Shown: positions 50,527 through 60,370, counted from the stretch's first letter. The stretch: 64,000 bases of DNA from an uncultured Pelagibacteraceae bacterium (GCA_902585665.1 CACIEO010000004.1:22828-86827), one strand, 5' to 3'. Program-made: numbers and translations. The notes: generated from the letters alone by a model not told the origin.

Positions 50527-51903
50527 ATGAACAACCCTTCTTTAAAACAAGAACTTACAAATTTATTAAAAGATAGATTTTCTTTATCTCAATCAACTAG
50601 AGCAAATTATGCTAGAGGAGAAGACACATACGATCCTATTCTCTCACAAGCAGTAGTATTCCCAGAGACAAACGAAGAAGTTTCTGGAATTTTAAAACTT
50701 TGTAATGATCACAAAGTTCCAGTGGTGCCTTTTGGAACAGGAACTTCTTTAGAGGGTAACGTGGTTGGTAACGATAAAGGAATAACAGTTTCTTTGGAAA
50801 AAATGGATAAAATTTTAAATGTTAATGCAGCAGATTTTGATTGTAGGGTTCAAGCAAATGTAACAAGAGAAAAACTAAATGAATATTTAAGAGAGGATGG
50901 AGTTTTTTTCCCTATAGATCCAGGTGCTAATGCTGCAATAGGTGGGATGGCATCGACATCAGCCTCAGGAACTATGGCTGTAAAATATGGAACAATGAAA
51001 ACAGTAATTACTGGTTTGACTGTAGTTTTACCAAGTGGAGAAATAATAAAAACAGGAACCAGGACAAAAAAAACTTCAGCGGGATATAATCTTACGAATT
51101 TATTTATTGGTTCAGAGGGTACACTTGGGATTATAACTGAAGTTCAACTTAGATTATCGCCAATACCAGAAAGCATGATGAGCGCCATTTGCCATTTTAA
51201 TACGTTGGAGGAAGCTGTTCATACAGCTCAAGAAACAATCCAGTATGGTGTTCCAATCGCAAGGATTGAAATGCTTAATAAAGATCAAATGGATATAAGT
51301 ATCAACTACTCAAAACTTAAAGATATTAAAACTTTACCTACATTGTTTTTTGAATTTCATGGAACTGAGATTTCTAATAAGGAGTCAATTAAAATTGTAG
51401 AGGAAATTTCAAAGAATAATAATGGTAGTGCTTTTAAATGGGCTGATACGTTAGAGGAAAGAAACCATCTTTGGCGAGCAAGATGGGATGTTTATTATTC
51501 CGTTAAAGCATTAGTTGATAACGGTAGAGTTTATTCAACAGATGTATGTGTGCCAATATCAAAAATAACAGAATGCGTTAAATTTGCTGAAAAAGAGGTT
51601 AAAAAGTTTGGTCTAAGAGCACCAATGGTTGGCCATCTAGGAGATGGAAACTTCCACGTTCTATTCCCTTATGATCCTAAAAATAAAACAGTTTATAAAA
51701 AAATAAGAGAATTTAGTGATTTATTAATAGATAAAACTTTAGAACTTGAAGGTACAATAACTGGAGAACATGGAGTAGGTCTTCATAAAAAAAGTTACTT
51801 GTTAAAAGAGCATCCAGACAATATACCTGTGATGAAAACTATTAAAAGAAGCTTGGATCCTAACAACATAATGAATCCTGGAAAAATTTTCGATATTAAT
51901 TAA
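50527..51903 (+). CDS. FAD-linked oxidase (D-lactate dehydrogenase/GlcD family)
   Basis: GTGTSLEG, PIDPG, GSEGTLG, HLGDGNFH, GEHGVG, MNPGK. Confidence 0.93.
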   Translation: MNNPSLKQELTNLLKDRFSLSQSTRANYARGEDTYDPILSQAVVFPETNEEVSGILKLCNDHKVPVVPFGTGTSLEGNVVGNDKGITVSLEKMDKILNVNAADFDCRVQANVTREKLNEYLREDGVFFPIDPGANAAIGGMASTSASGTMAVKYGTMKTVITGLTVVLPSGEIIKTGTRTKKTSAGYNLTNLFIGSEGTLGIITEVQLRLSPIPESMMSAICHFNTLEEAVHTAQETIQYGVPIARIEMLNKDQMDISINYSKLKDIKTLPTLFFEFHGTEISNKESIKIVEEISKNNNGSAFKWADTLEERNHLWRARWDVYYSVKALVDNGRVYSTDVCVPISKITECVKFAEKEVKKFGLRAPMVGHLGDGNFHVLFPYDPKNKTVYKKIREFSDLLIDKTLELEGTITGEHGVGLHKKSYLLKEHPDNIPVMKTIKRSLDPNNIMNPGKIFDIN

Positions 51904-51906
51904 ACT

Positions 51907-52860
51907 ATGAAAAAAATTCTTGTTACACGAAGACTTTTAAGATCTAACGAAGATAGGATTAAAGAGATTTACGATGCGAACTTAAATTTAAATGATGAAC
52001 TTTACTCTCAGGACAAGCTAATAGAATTGAGTCAGGGATGTGATGGCGTATTATCAGCTTTAACAGATAAGTTAGACGAGAAAACAATTAATCGCCTACC
52101 TGACAGTGTAAAAATTTTATCTAATTTTGCTGTAGGCTTTGGAAATATCGACTTAGAGGCAGCAAAGAAAAGAAATATAATTGTTACAAATACACCAGAA
52201 GTTTTAACTGATGCTACAGCTGAAATTGGTGTTCTTTTAATACTTGGAGCCTGTAGAAGAGCATCTGAGGGTATTCAGGGCGCAAGAGATGCGAACTGGA
52301 AATGGTCAGCAGATTATCTGATTGGAAAACAATTAACTGGTGCGAGACTTGGAATTCTGGGCATGGGAAGAATTGGGCAAAAGATAGCAAAAATTGCGAA
52401 GTCTTTAGGAATGATAGTTCATTATCATAATCGATCTAAACTTAGTTCTGATAAAGAAAATGGATCAATTTATCATGACAATCTTAAAAGTTTAATGGAG
52501 GTATCAGATGTACTCTCAGTTTGTTGTCCTGCATCAAAAGAAACTATAAATTTAATTAATAAAGAGACATTAGAATATTTACCAAAAGGCGCAGTAGTAA
52601 CTAATGTTGCAAGAGGAGATATTGTAGACGACGAGGCTCTTATTGATGCTCTTGATAGAAGAAAAGTTTATGCAGTTGGTTTAGATGTTTATAAAGGAGA
52701 GCCAAATTTAAACCCTGGATATTTAAAACATAAGAGTGCTTTTATTTTACCTCACTTAGGTAGCGCAACAAAAGAGACTAGAACAGCGATGGCGAACCTT
52801 GCCATAGACAATTTAGAAGAATTCTTCAAATCAGGAAGCTGTAAAAATAAAGTTAATTAA
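51907..52860 (+). CDS. D-2-hydroxyacid dehydrogenase (glyoxylate/hydroxypyruvate reductase-like)
   Basis: NTPEVLTDATAE, GMGRIG, NVARG, PHLGSAT. Confidence 0.92.
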   Translation: MKKILVTRRLLRSNEDRIKEIYDANLNLNDELYSQDKLIELSQGCDGVLSALTDKLDEKTINRLPDSVKILSNFAVGFGNIDLEAAKKRNIIVTNTPEVLTDATAEIGVLLILGACRRASEGIQGARDANWKWSADYLIGKQLTGARLGILGMGRIGQKIAKIAKSLGMIVHYHNRSKLSSDKENGSIYHDNLKSLMEVSDVLSVCCPASKETINLINKETLEYLPKGAVVTNVARGDIVDDEALIDALDRRKVYAVGLDVYKGEPNLNPGYLKHKSAFILPHLGSATKETRTAMANLAIDNLEEFFKSGSCKNKVN

Positions 52861-52977
52861 AAGTATAAAATTCTACTCAAAGTTGTAAATAATTTTGAAT
52901 AGGTCTATTTAGCAAAAGACTCTTACAACCATTTATGCTTAAATTATTACAAGTTAATTAACTAAAGAGGAGAAATA

Positions 52978-54123
52978 ATGATTAAAGAAAAAAAATCATT
53001 GAAGGGAAAAACGCCTTCAAGACGTAAGTTCTTTAAGACTGCGGCTATGGCCGGAGCAGCTGCTGTTGCAATGCCTTATGTTAACTTAGGCGCTGCACAA
53101 ACTTTAAAAATGCAAGCTGCATGGCCAAGTGGAGCTAACATCTTTTTTGAAATGGCAGGAGATTACTGCAAGATGGTAAGCGACATGTCTGGTGGATCTT
53201 TAAAAATTGATCTTCAACCAGTTGGAGCAGTTGTTAAGACTAGTGAGATTGGTCAAGCAGTTAGCTCAGGTGCCGTTGATATGGGTCACTGGGTAACAGC
53301 TTACTGGTATGGTAAAAATGCTGCGGCATCTTTATTCGGAACAGGACCTTCATATGGTATGTCATCTCAAGAAGTAATGGGATGGATGGAATACGGTGGA
53401 GGAAGAGCACTTTATGAAGAAACTATAAAAAAAGTAGGTTTCGACTACACGGGTGTTTTTCATATGCCTATGCCAGCACAACCGTTTGGATGGTTTAAGA
53501 AAAATGTAACTAAAGTATCTGATGTTAAAGGTATGAAGTATAGAACAGTTGGTCTTGCTACTAACGTTCTTACTGCTATGGGAATGGTCGTTAGACAATT
53601 ACCAGGTGGTGAAATTCAACCAGCTATGAAAACTGGATTGATTGAAGCCGCTGAGTTTAACAACCCAACTTCAGACTCACAGTTTGGTATGCAAGACGTT
53701 TCTAAGCACTATCACTTAGGAAGTTTTCACCAATCTCAAGAGATGTTTGAAATACCTATCAACAACAAAACATTTAACGGTCTGTCACCAGCTAACCAAG
53801 CAATATTAAAAAATGCTGCGTACGCTGCGAACACAGATAACTATTTCAAAGCATTAGTTAGATATTCAGCTGATTTATCTAAATTAATGAATGAACATAA
53901 AGTTAATGTTTACCAAACGTCTGATGAGATTTTAGCTCAACAATTAAAAGGTTGGGATAAAGTTATCGGTGATTTCAATAAGAAAGATCCTTTCTTTAAG
54001 AAAATCGTTGATTCTCAAAAAGCATACGCTAAGAGAGTAATGAAGTACTTGCTGATGAACCAGCCTAATTACAAATTAGCATATGAAAATGAGTTCGGAC
54101 CTATTGGAAAAGTTAAGATATAA
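52978..54123 (+). CDS. TRAP substrate-binding protein (TakP-like) with Tat signal
   Basis: SRRKFFK twin-Arg, YWYGK, GWF, KYRT.G, AAEF; strong SD GAGGAG. Confidence 0.93.
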   Translation: MIKEKKSLKGKTPSRRKFFKTAAMAGAAAVAMPYVNLGAAQTLKMQAAWPSGANIFFEMAGDYCKMVSDMSGGSLKIDLQPVGAVVKTSEIGQAVSSGAVDMGHWVTAYWYGKNAAASLFGTGPSYGMSSQEVMGWMEYGGGRALYEETIKKVGFDYTGVFHMPMPAQPFGWFKKNVTKVSDVKGMKYRTVGLATNVLTAMGMVVRQLPGGEIQPAMKTGLIEAAEFNNPTSDSQFGMQDVSKHYHLGSFHQSQEMFEIPINNKTFNGLSPANQAILKNAAYAANTDNYFKALVRYSADLSKLMNEHKVNVYQTSDEILAQQLKGWDKVIGDFNKKDPFFKKIVDSQKAYAKRVMKYLLMNQPNYKLAYENEFGPIGKVKI

Positions 54124-54140
54124 TTATTAACTTCAATATT

Positions 54141-54172
54141 TAAAAAGGGGACCAAATGGTCCCCTTTTTTTT
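54141..54172 (+). terminator. Rho-independent terminator after the TRAP SBP gene
   Basis: AAAAAGGGGACCA-AA-TGGTCCCC followed by a T-run. Confidence 0.9.
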
Positions 54173-54210
54173 GTTTGCTTTAATTATATATTTTAACATA
54201 AGGTACGGAA

Positions 54211-54798
54211 ATGAAATCTTTCATAAAATTCGCCGACACACTAAGTGCCTCAATGGGCAAAGCATTTTCTTGGTGTATTGTCATTCTTATGGGGGGTACT
54301 TGCTATGAAGTTATCATGGCATATGCATTTAACAGCCCTACATTATGGAACTTTGATTTTAGTTTACAAATGTACGGAGCTATTTTTATGATGGCTGGAG
54401 CATACACTTTATCTACAGAGGCCCATGTAAGAGGTGATGTTATTTATAGATTATTCCCAACCAGAGTACAGGGCTGGATTGATCTAATTTTATATTTTAT
54501 ATTTTTCTTCCCTGGAATTTTAGCTTTAGCATTTTATGGCTATGAATACGCTGCTTTAGCTTGGAAAATAAAAGAAACAAGTTGGAATAGTCCAGCACAA
54601 ATACAGATTTATATGGCTAAATCTTTAATACCATTGTCTGGAATATTACTAACCATACAGGGTGTTAGCGAAGTATGCAGAGCAATTATTTGCATTAAAA
54701 CTGGTCATTGGCCTGTTAGAGCATCAGCAGATGCTGAGGAAACTGAAAAAGTATTAATGAGAACTTCACAAAAGGACGATCAAGCAGATGTTATTTGA
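54211..54798 (+). CDS. dctQ: TRAP small permease DctQ
   Basis: 4 TMs, AYTL...HVRGD. Confidence 0.92.
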   Translation: MKSFIKFADTLSASMGKAFSWCIVILMGGTCYEVIMAYAFNSPTLWNFDFSLQMYGAIFMMAGAYTLSTEAHVRGDVIYRLFPTRVQGWIDLILYFIFFFPGILALAFYGYEYAALAWKIKETSWNSPAQIQIYMAKSLIPLSGILLTIQGVSEVCRAIICIKTGHWPVRASADAEETEKVLMRTSQKDDQADVI

Positions 54799-56149
54799 AC
54801 TAACAAATCCTGAAATCGCAATTTTAATGATGAGTTTGTTTCTGTTCGCAGTCTTATTAGGTTTTCCAATTGCATTTACTTTACTAGCTATGGGTGTTGG
54901 CTTTGGTTATTATGCTTATTTTGATCCAACTAGAATGGATCATTTATTTGACAACCGGATATTTTCTTTATTGGTATCTAATACTTATACAATAATGGAT
55001 AATACTGTATTGACCGCCGTCCCGTTATTTTTATTTATGGGTTATTTAGTTGAAAGGGCAGGTATTGTAGCAAAACTATTCTTTGCCATACGACTAGCAT
55101 CGCACAGACTTCCTGCATCAATGGCTGTTGCAGCACTTGTTACATGTGCATTATTTTCGACAGCAACTGGAATTATTGGTGCCGTGGTTACACTTATGGG
55201 TCTTCTTGCCTGGCCAGCGATGATAAGAGCTGGATATGATAAAAAATTTGCATCAGGTGTAATTTGCTCTGGTGGATGTTTAGGGATTCTTATCCCGCCA
55301 AGTATTATGCTTATTGTTTATGCTGTAATAGCTCAGCTATCACCATTAAGGCTTTTTGCTGCAGCTATATTTCCTGGATTAATGTTAGCCGGACTCTACA
55401 TACTTTATGTAATTATAAGAGCATACTTTAATCCATCTTTAGCTCCAAAACCTGCTGCAGAGGAAATTCCTCCACGTTCAGAAATTTTAAAAGAAGTTTT
55501 GGTTTCGTTTGTTCCATTATTTTCACTCATTATTTTAGTACTTGGAACAATTCTAGCTGGTTTGGCCACACCAGCTGAGGCAGCTGCAGTTGGAGCCTTT
55601 GGTGCTTTAGTTCTCTCTTATTTTTATAAATCTCTAAAATGGAAAAATTTTAAAGAATCTGTATTTTTGACTGCAAAAACAAGTGCTATGATTATGTGGT
55701 TATTTGTAGGCTCATGGACCTTTGCATCTGTATTTTCGTACTTAGGTGGACATGAGGTATTTGAGCACTTTTTTAAATCAATGGATATTCAGCCGTGGCA
55801 ATTTTTAGTTATAACACAAATAATTATTTTTCTTTTAGGTTGGCCACTTGAGTGGACTGAAATCTTGATTATTTTTGTTCCAATCTTTTTACCACTTGTA
55901 GAATTTTTCGGAGTAAACCCTTATTTCTTTGCAATGTTAATAGCATTAAATTTACAAACGTCTTTTTTGACACCACCAATGGCAATGTCAGCATATTATT
56001 TGAAAGGAGTTCAAAGTAGAAATGTTCAATTAATGGAAATATTTAGAGGAATTATGCCTTTCCTTGGAATTGTGATACTTGCAATGGTTTTAATGTATAT
56101 ATTTCCAGGTATAGCACTATGGTTACCTGATACATTGTTTGCAGACTAA
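54788..56149 (+). CDS. dctM: TRAP large permease DctM
   Basis: AVPLFLFMG, GCLGILIPPS, ATPAEAA, SFLTPP. Confidence 0.95.
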   Translation: MLFELTNPEIAILMMSLFLFAVLLGFPIAFTLLAMGVGFGYYAYFDPTRMDHLFDNRIFSLLVSNTYTIMDNTVLTAVPLFLFMGYLVERAGIVAKLFFAIRLASHRLPASMAVAALVTCALFSTATGIIGAVVTLMGLLAWPAMIRAGYDKKFASGVICSGGCLGILIPPSIMLIVYAVIAQLSPLRLFAAAIFPGLMLAGLYILYVIIRAYFNPSLAPKPAAEEIPPRSEILKEVLVSFVPLFSLIILVLGTILAGLATPAEAAAVGAFGALVLSYFYKSLKWKNFKESVFLTAKTSAMIMWLFVGSWTFASVFSYLGGHEVFEHFFKSMDIQPWQFLVITQIIIFLLGWPLEWTEILIIFVPIFLPLVEFFGVNPYFFAMLIALNLQTSFLTPPMAMSAYYLKGVQSRNVQLMEIFRGIMPFLGIVILAMVLMYIFPGIALWLPDTLFAD

Positions 56150-56156
56150 TTTTTAA

Positions 56157-57494
56157 ATGACGAATGTCTTTTCATTACCGATATCTCAAATAGCAGAAAA
56201 AATAAAAAATTCCGAAATCACTTGTTTAGAACTTTGTCAAAATTATATTGCACAAATAGAAAAACATGAAAAAGATGTTAAAGCTTGGGCATTTTTTGAT
56301 AAAAAACTTTTAATACAAAAAGCTGAAGAGGCTGACACATATAGGAAATCTGGAAAACCCATGGGTCTTTTGCATGGAATTCCTGTAGCATTAAAAGATA
56401 TAATTGGAACTTATGATATGCCGACGGAATGTGGCACGGTATTGAGAAAAGGTAAAACACAATCTCAAAACTCTGAAATTGTAGATCTTCTTAAATCAGA
56501 GGGAGCAATTATAATGGGAAAAACAGCAACATCAGAATTGGCTTATCTTGGTCCACCAGAAACAAGAAATCCTCATGATTATTCAAGAACCCCTGGAGGA
56601 TCCTCAAGTGGGTCAGCTGCTGTTATTGCGACTCATATGGCTCCCCTATCTATTGGGTCTCAAACCGGAGGTTCAGTTATAAGACCAGCATCTTATTGTG
56701 GAGTAGTTGGATATAAACCTAGCTACGGACTAATATCAAGAAATGGGGTTTTAAGAACATCTTATCATCTAGATCATATGGGAGTTTTTGGAAAAACAGT
56801 TGAGGACGTGGCCTTGCTTGCGAAAGTTTTGATCAAAAAAGATCAATATGATGAAGCAACTATACATTATTCCTCAGAATTTATGGTGGATGAATGTTTA
56901 AAAGGACCAATGTTTGAACCTAAGTTTATATTTTACAAAACAGATAGTTGGAAAAAAATAGACAAAAAATCCCAAGAGTCGTTCGAGTTTTTTATAAAAT
57001 CTTTTAAAAAAAATATTGAAGTATTTGATACTCCATCTTACTTCAAAGATATAGACAAGTACCATAAAGTAATTCATGAAACAGACTTAGCTAATAATTT
57101 TCAGACATATTATAAGAAATCTAAAAATAAACTTTCAAAAGAGATGCAGTCTGCAATAAGTAGAGGAATGAAATATTCTGCAAAGGAGTATTTAGATGCC
57201 GTAGATTTTATGAAAAGAAGTTATGAGTCTTACAGAGAAGTATTTGAAGATTATCATGGTGTTCTAAGTCCATGCTCCACAGGAGTTGCAGATAAAGGAC
57301 TAAAAAGTACTGGAAGTGCAGATTTTAATCGAGTTTGGTCTTATATGCATACACCAGCAATTTCTCTACCTTTACTTCAAGGTGAAAATAATTTACCTTT
57401 AGGCATCCAATTAATTGGTGATAAGTATGATGATCATAGATTTCTTGGGGTTGCTAGATGGTTAGAACAAAAAAGTAAAAAATATAATGAATAA
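56157..57494 (+). CDS. Amidase-signature family enzyme
   Basis: VALKD, PGGSSSGS, GSQTGGSVIRPAS. Confidence 0.93.
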   Translation: MTNVFSLPISQIAEKIKNSEITCLELCQNYIAQIEKHEKDVKAWAFFDKKLLIQKAEEADTYRKSGKPMGLLHGIPVALKDIIGTYDMPTECGTVLRKGKTQSQNSEIVDLLKSEGAIIMGKTATSELAYLGPPETRNPHDYSRTPGGSSSGSAAVIATHMAPLSIGSQTGGSVIRPASYCGVVGYKPSYGLISRNGVLRTSYHLDHMGVFGKTVEDVALLAKVLIKKDQYDEATIHYSSEFMVDECLKGPMFEPKFIFYKTDSWKKIDKKSQESFEFFIKSFKKNIEVFDTPSYFKDIDKYHKVIHETDLANNFQTYYKKSKNKLSKEMQSAISRGMKYSAKEYLDAVDFMKRSYESYREVFEDYHGVLSPCSTGVADKGLKSTGSADFNRVWSYMHTPAISLPLLQGENNLPLGIQLIGDKYDDHRFLGVARWLEQKSKKYNE

Positions 57495-57663
57495 ATTTGC
57501 TACAATAGTCGGATTATCTTTTTGTCTTTTCTTCTTAATTGGACTTGCAACAACTCTTACAAGATCAATGATGATAGGTTTCTTTGATGTTTTGCCAGTC
57601 TATATTTTTATGGGAATCGCAATTGTCATGATGATTTACGAAGCTTTTTTCGATAAAAAATAG
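57487..57663 (+). CDS. Small two-TM membrane protein (58 aa; below the ORF-track cutoff)
   Basis: Manual translation MNKFATIVGLSFCLFFLIGLATTLTRSMMIGFFDVLPVYIFMGIAIVMMIYEAFFDKK*; overlaps the amidase stop and fills the gap. Confidence 0.75.
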   Translation: MNKFATIVGLSFCLFFLIGLATTLTRSMMIGFFDVLPVYIFMGIAIVMMIYEAFFDKK

Positions 57664-57677
57664 TAAATTTCTAATTA

Positions 57678-58486
57678 ATGAAAATCGGAAGCATCGTATT
57701 AAATTCCTTTTTAATTTTATTACTTGTTTACATTTCTATAGTAGTTTTTCTATTTTTTATCAAAGAAAATTGCTCTACCATCCTAGCGAAAATAATTATT
57801 TGGATGAAACGCAATTAAATCACGAGATAGAAAAAACATTTATCCAATCAAATGATAAACTTGTTTCGTGGTATTTTAAAAAAAATTCAAAATTTAAAAC
57901 CATATTATTCTTTCATGGAAATGCAGGAAAACTTGATAATAGAGTTTATAAACTCAACGAATTATCAAAACTAGATATAAATTATTTGATAATTGCATAC
58001 AGAGGTTTTAGTGGAAATACAGGTAGCCCATCAGAAAATGGTTTATATGAGGATGCAAATTCTGCAAAAGTTTGGTTAAATAAAAATGGAGTTAAAGATA
58101 AAGATATCATCATTTACGGAGAGTCTCTTGGGACAGCAGTTGCGGTTGATCTAGCAAGCAGATATAAATTTTCAGGGATTATTTTAGAGTCTCCTTTTAC
58201 TTCAATGTTAGAGCTTGCACAAAAGTATTACCCCATAATTCCTGTTAAGCTAATTCTTAAAGACAGGTACGAAAGTAAAAAAAAACTTAATGACATTAAA
58301 TCTCCAGTATTAGTAATGCACGGCAGAAAAGATAATATTGTCCCCTTTTATATGGGTCAGCAAATATATGAGGCTTTATCATCAGTACCAAAGTTTGCTT
58401 ATTTTAATGACCAAGACGATCATATGATGGAATATAATAAGGAATTAATAGCTTCTATAAAAAAGTTTTTAGAGCAAATCAATTAA
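57678..58486 (+). pseudogene. Alpha/beta hydrolase (ABHD13/Bem46-like) with apparent 1-nt frameshift near the 5' end
   Basis: FHGNAG, YRG, GESLG, HG.KD; the N-terminal TM from ATG 57678 is out of frame at the T6 run 57753-57758. Confidence 0.7.
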
Positions 58487-59396
58487 TATTTACAAATGAA
58501 TTGGCAAATTTTTCTGCTTCAAAAATCTGCAAATCATCTTCTTTCTCACCAAGACCTAATGCGATAATTGGTAATTTATATTTTTTAGCCAAAGCTATTA
58601 AAATGCCGCCTTTTGCAGTTCCATCAAGTTTAGTCATTATTAATCCTGTAATTGGAATAATTTTATTAAATTCCTCGACTTGATTAATTATATTTTGGCC
58701 AGAAGTGGCATCCAAAACTAACAATACCTCGTGAGGAGCTTTTGGGTCAATTTTTTTTGTTACATTTGCTATTTTTTTATACTCTTCCATTAAATTCTTT
58801 TTATTTTGTAATCTTCCAGCAGTATCTATTAAAACATGGGTAAAATTTTTACCTATCGCTTCTTCAATAGCTTTATATGCAACAGAAGCTGGGTCAGAGC
58901 CTTGAGAAGATTTAATGATATCGACATCAATTTTTTTTGCCCAATTTTCTAACTGTTCAATTGCTGCAGCTCTAAATGTATCTGAAGCTGAAAAAATTAC
59001 TTTATTACCATTATTTTTTAAAATTTTTCCAATTTTTCCTATTGTAGTTGTCTTACCTACACCATTAACACCAGAGACAAGTACAGCATTCAAATCAGTT
59101 TTATTGGAGAAAAAATTTCTATTTTCGAGAGGTGACATTAAGCTAATAATGTAATTCTTAAGAATTAAATTAATTTCTTCTAATTTATCTTTATTTGGAT
59201 CAATCTTTTTTTCTGCAATTATTTTTTTTATTTCCTCTGAAGCAGTAACACCCACATCCGATTGTATTAAAAATTCTTCTATTTCATCTAAAGTTTTATC
59301 ATCAATCTCTTTTTTAATAATTATTTCCTTTAGCCCAGAAGAAAAACTAGAGGCAGTTTTTTGTAAGCCTAGTTTGAATTTTTCAAAAATACCCAT
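58479..59396 (-). CDS. ftsY: SRP receptor FtsY
   Basis: GVNGVGKTTT, DTFRAAA, DTAGR, TKLDGTAKGG. Confidence 0.98.
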   Translation of the reverse strand: MGIFEKFKLGLQKTASSFSSGLKEIIIKKEIDDKTLDEIEEFLIQSDVGVTASEEIKKIIAEKKIDPNKDKLEEINLILKNYIISLMSPLENRNFFSNKTDLNAVLVSGVNGVGKTTTIGKIGKILKNNGNKVIFSASDTFRAAAIEQLENWAKKIDVDIIKSSQGSDPASVAYKAIEEAIGKNFTHVLIDTAGRLQNKKNLMEEYKKIANVTKKIDPKAPHEVLLVLDATSGQNIINQVEEFNKIIPITGLIMTKLDGTAKGGILIALAKKYKLPIIALGLGEKEDDLQIFEAEKFANSFVNIN

Positions 59397-59397
59397 T

Positions 59398-60213
59398 TTA
59401 TAATTTTAAATTTATATTTTTCACCTCTGAAACTGGTCCAGTCATAAAAATATTATTATATTTATCTACCTCAATATTCAAAACACCTTTTTTAAAATTT
59501 ATGTTAACTTTATTATTAACTAAATTTTTTTCTATAGCAGCAACAGCAGATGCGCACGCTGCCGTACCACAGGCTTTAGTAAGTCCCGCTCCTCTTTCCC
59601 ATACATTCACAGTTATATTATTTTTATCTGTGACTTCAGCAAATGTTACATTTATTTTTTCGGGAAACAGATCATGGTTTTCAATTTTAGGACCTATTAT
59701 TTTTAAATCATAATCAAAACAATTTTTTACAAAAAAAATTATGTGTGGGTTCCCTACATTGACACAAAATCCATTAGAAAATGTTTTATCATTTATTTTT
59801 AAAGTTACATCAGCAGGATTTATTGTCTTTGATAATGGAATTTCCTCAAAACTAAACAAAGGTTGCCCCATTTCAAGTTCAACTTGTAAATCTCCAACTA
59901 TTTTTGCATTAAGTACTCTATTGTTTGTTTTTAACTTTATTTGTTTGGTATTTAATTTTTCACCCAAAAGATAAGCTACGCACCTTGACCCGTTTCCACA
60001 AGCGCTTACCTCACCTCCATCAGAGTTAAATATTTTTATAGGAAAAGAACTTTCTTGTTTTTTATCTATGAAGATAATTTGATCAAATCCAATATTAGAT
60101 CTGTCTCCTAATTCAATAATTTTTTCCTTTGTCAAATTAATTGAATTTTCTCTTCTATCTATGATGATAAAATCGTTTCCTAAACCATCCATTTTGTACG
60201 CATTAAATTCCAT
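59398..60213 (-). CDS. dapF: Diaminopimelate epimerase
   Basis: GLGNDF, CGNG, GNPH, ERGAG.T.ACGT. Confidence 0.98.
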   Translation of the reverse strand: MEFNAYKMDGLGNDFIIIDRRENSINLTKEKIIELGDRSNIGFDQIIFIDKKQESSFPIKIFNSDGGEVSACGNGSRCVAYLLGEKLNTKQIKLKTNNRVLNAKIVGDLQVELEMGQPLFSFEEIPLSKTINPADVTLKINDKTFSNGFCVNVGNPHIIFFVKNCFDYDLKIIGPKIENHDLFPEKINVTFAEVTDKNNITVNVWERGAGLTKACGTAACASAVAAIEKNLVNNKVNINFKKGVLNIEVDKYNNIFMTGPVSEVKNINLKL

Positions 60214-60269
60214 ATATTTATACTTAACTTATTTATTGACTTTTTGAACCTCTATTATAGTTTATCGCT

Positions 60270-60365
60270 ACTTCCGCAAAGTAAGCAATTTGCGGTGTCT
60301 TTGGAAACAAAGAGATCGACACCAGTCAGCGAGGGTTCGCCCACTGGTGCGATTGCTGCTGTGTA
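60270..60365 (+). ncRNA. Structured 5' leader of ffh (ffh RNA motif)
   Basis: GC-rich stretch with hairpins CCGCAAA/TTTGCGG, TCTTTG-GAAA-CAAAGA and ATCG-A-CACCAGT/ACTGGTG-CGAT; an ffh leader motif is known in Alphaproteobacteria. Confidence 0.75.
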
Positions 60366-60370
60366 AAATT

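Noticed and set aside
60290-60370. 27-aa N-terminal extension of Ffh from the TTG start
   Set aside because: Ffh normally begins MFE.L (60371); the region is better explained as a structured leader RNA.
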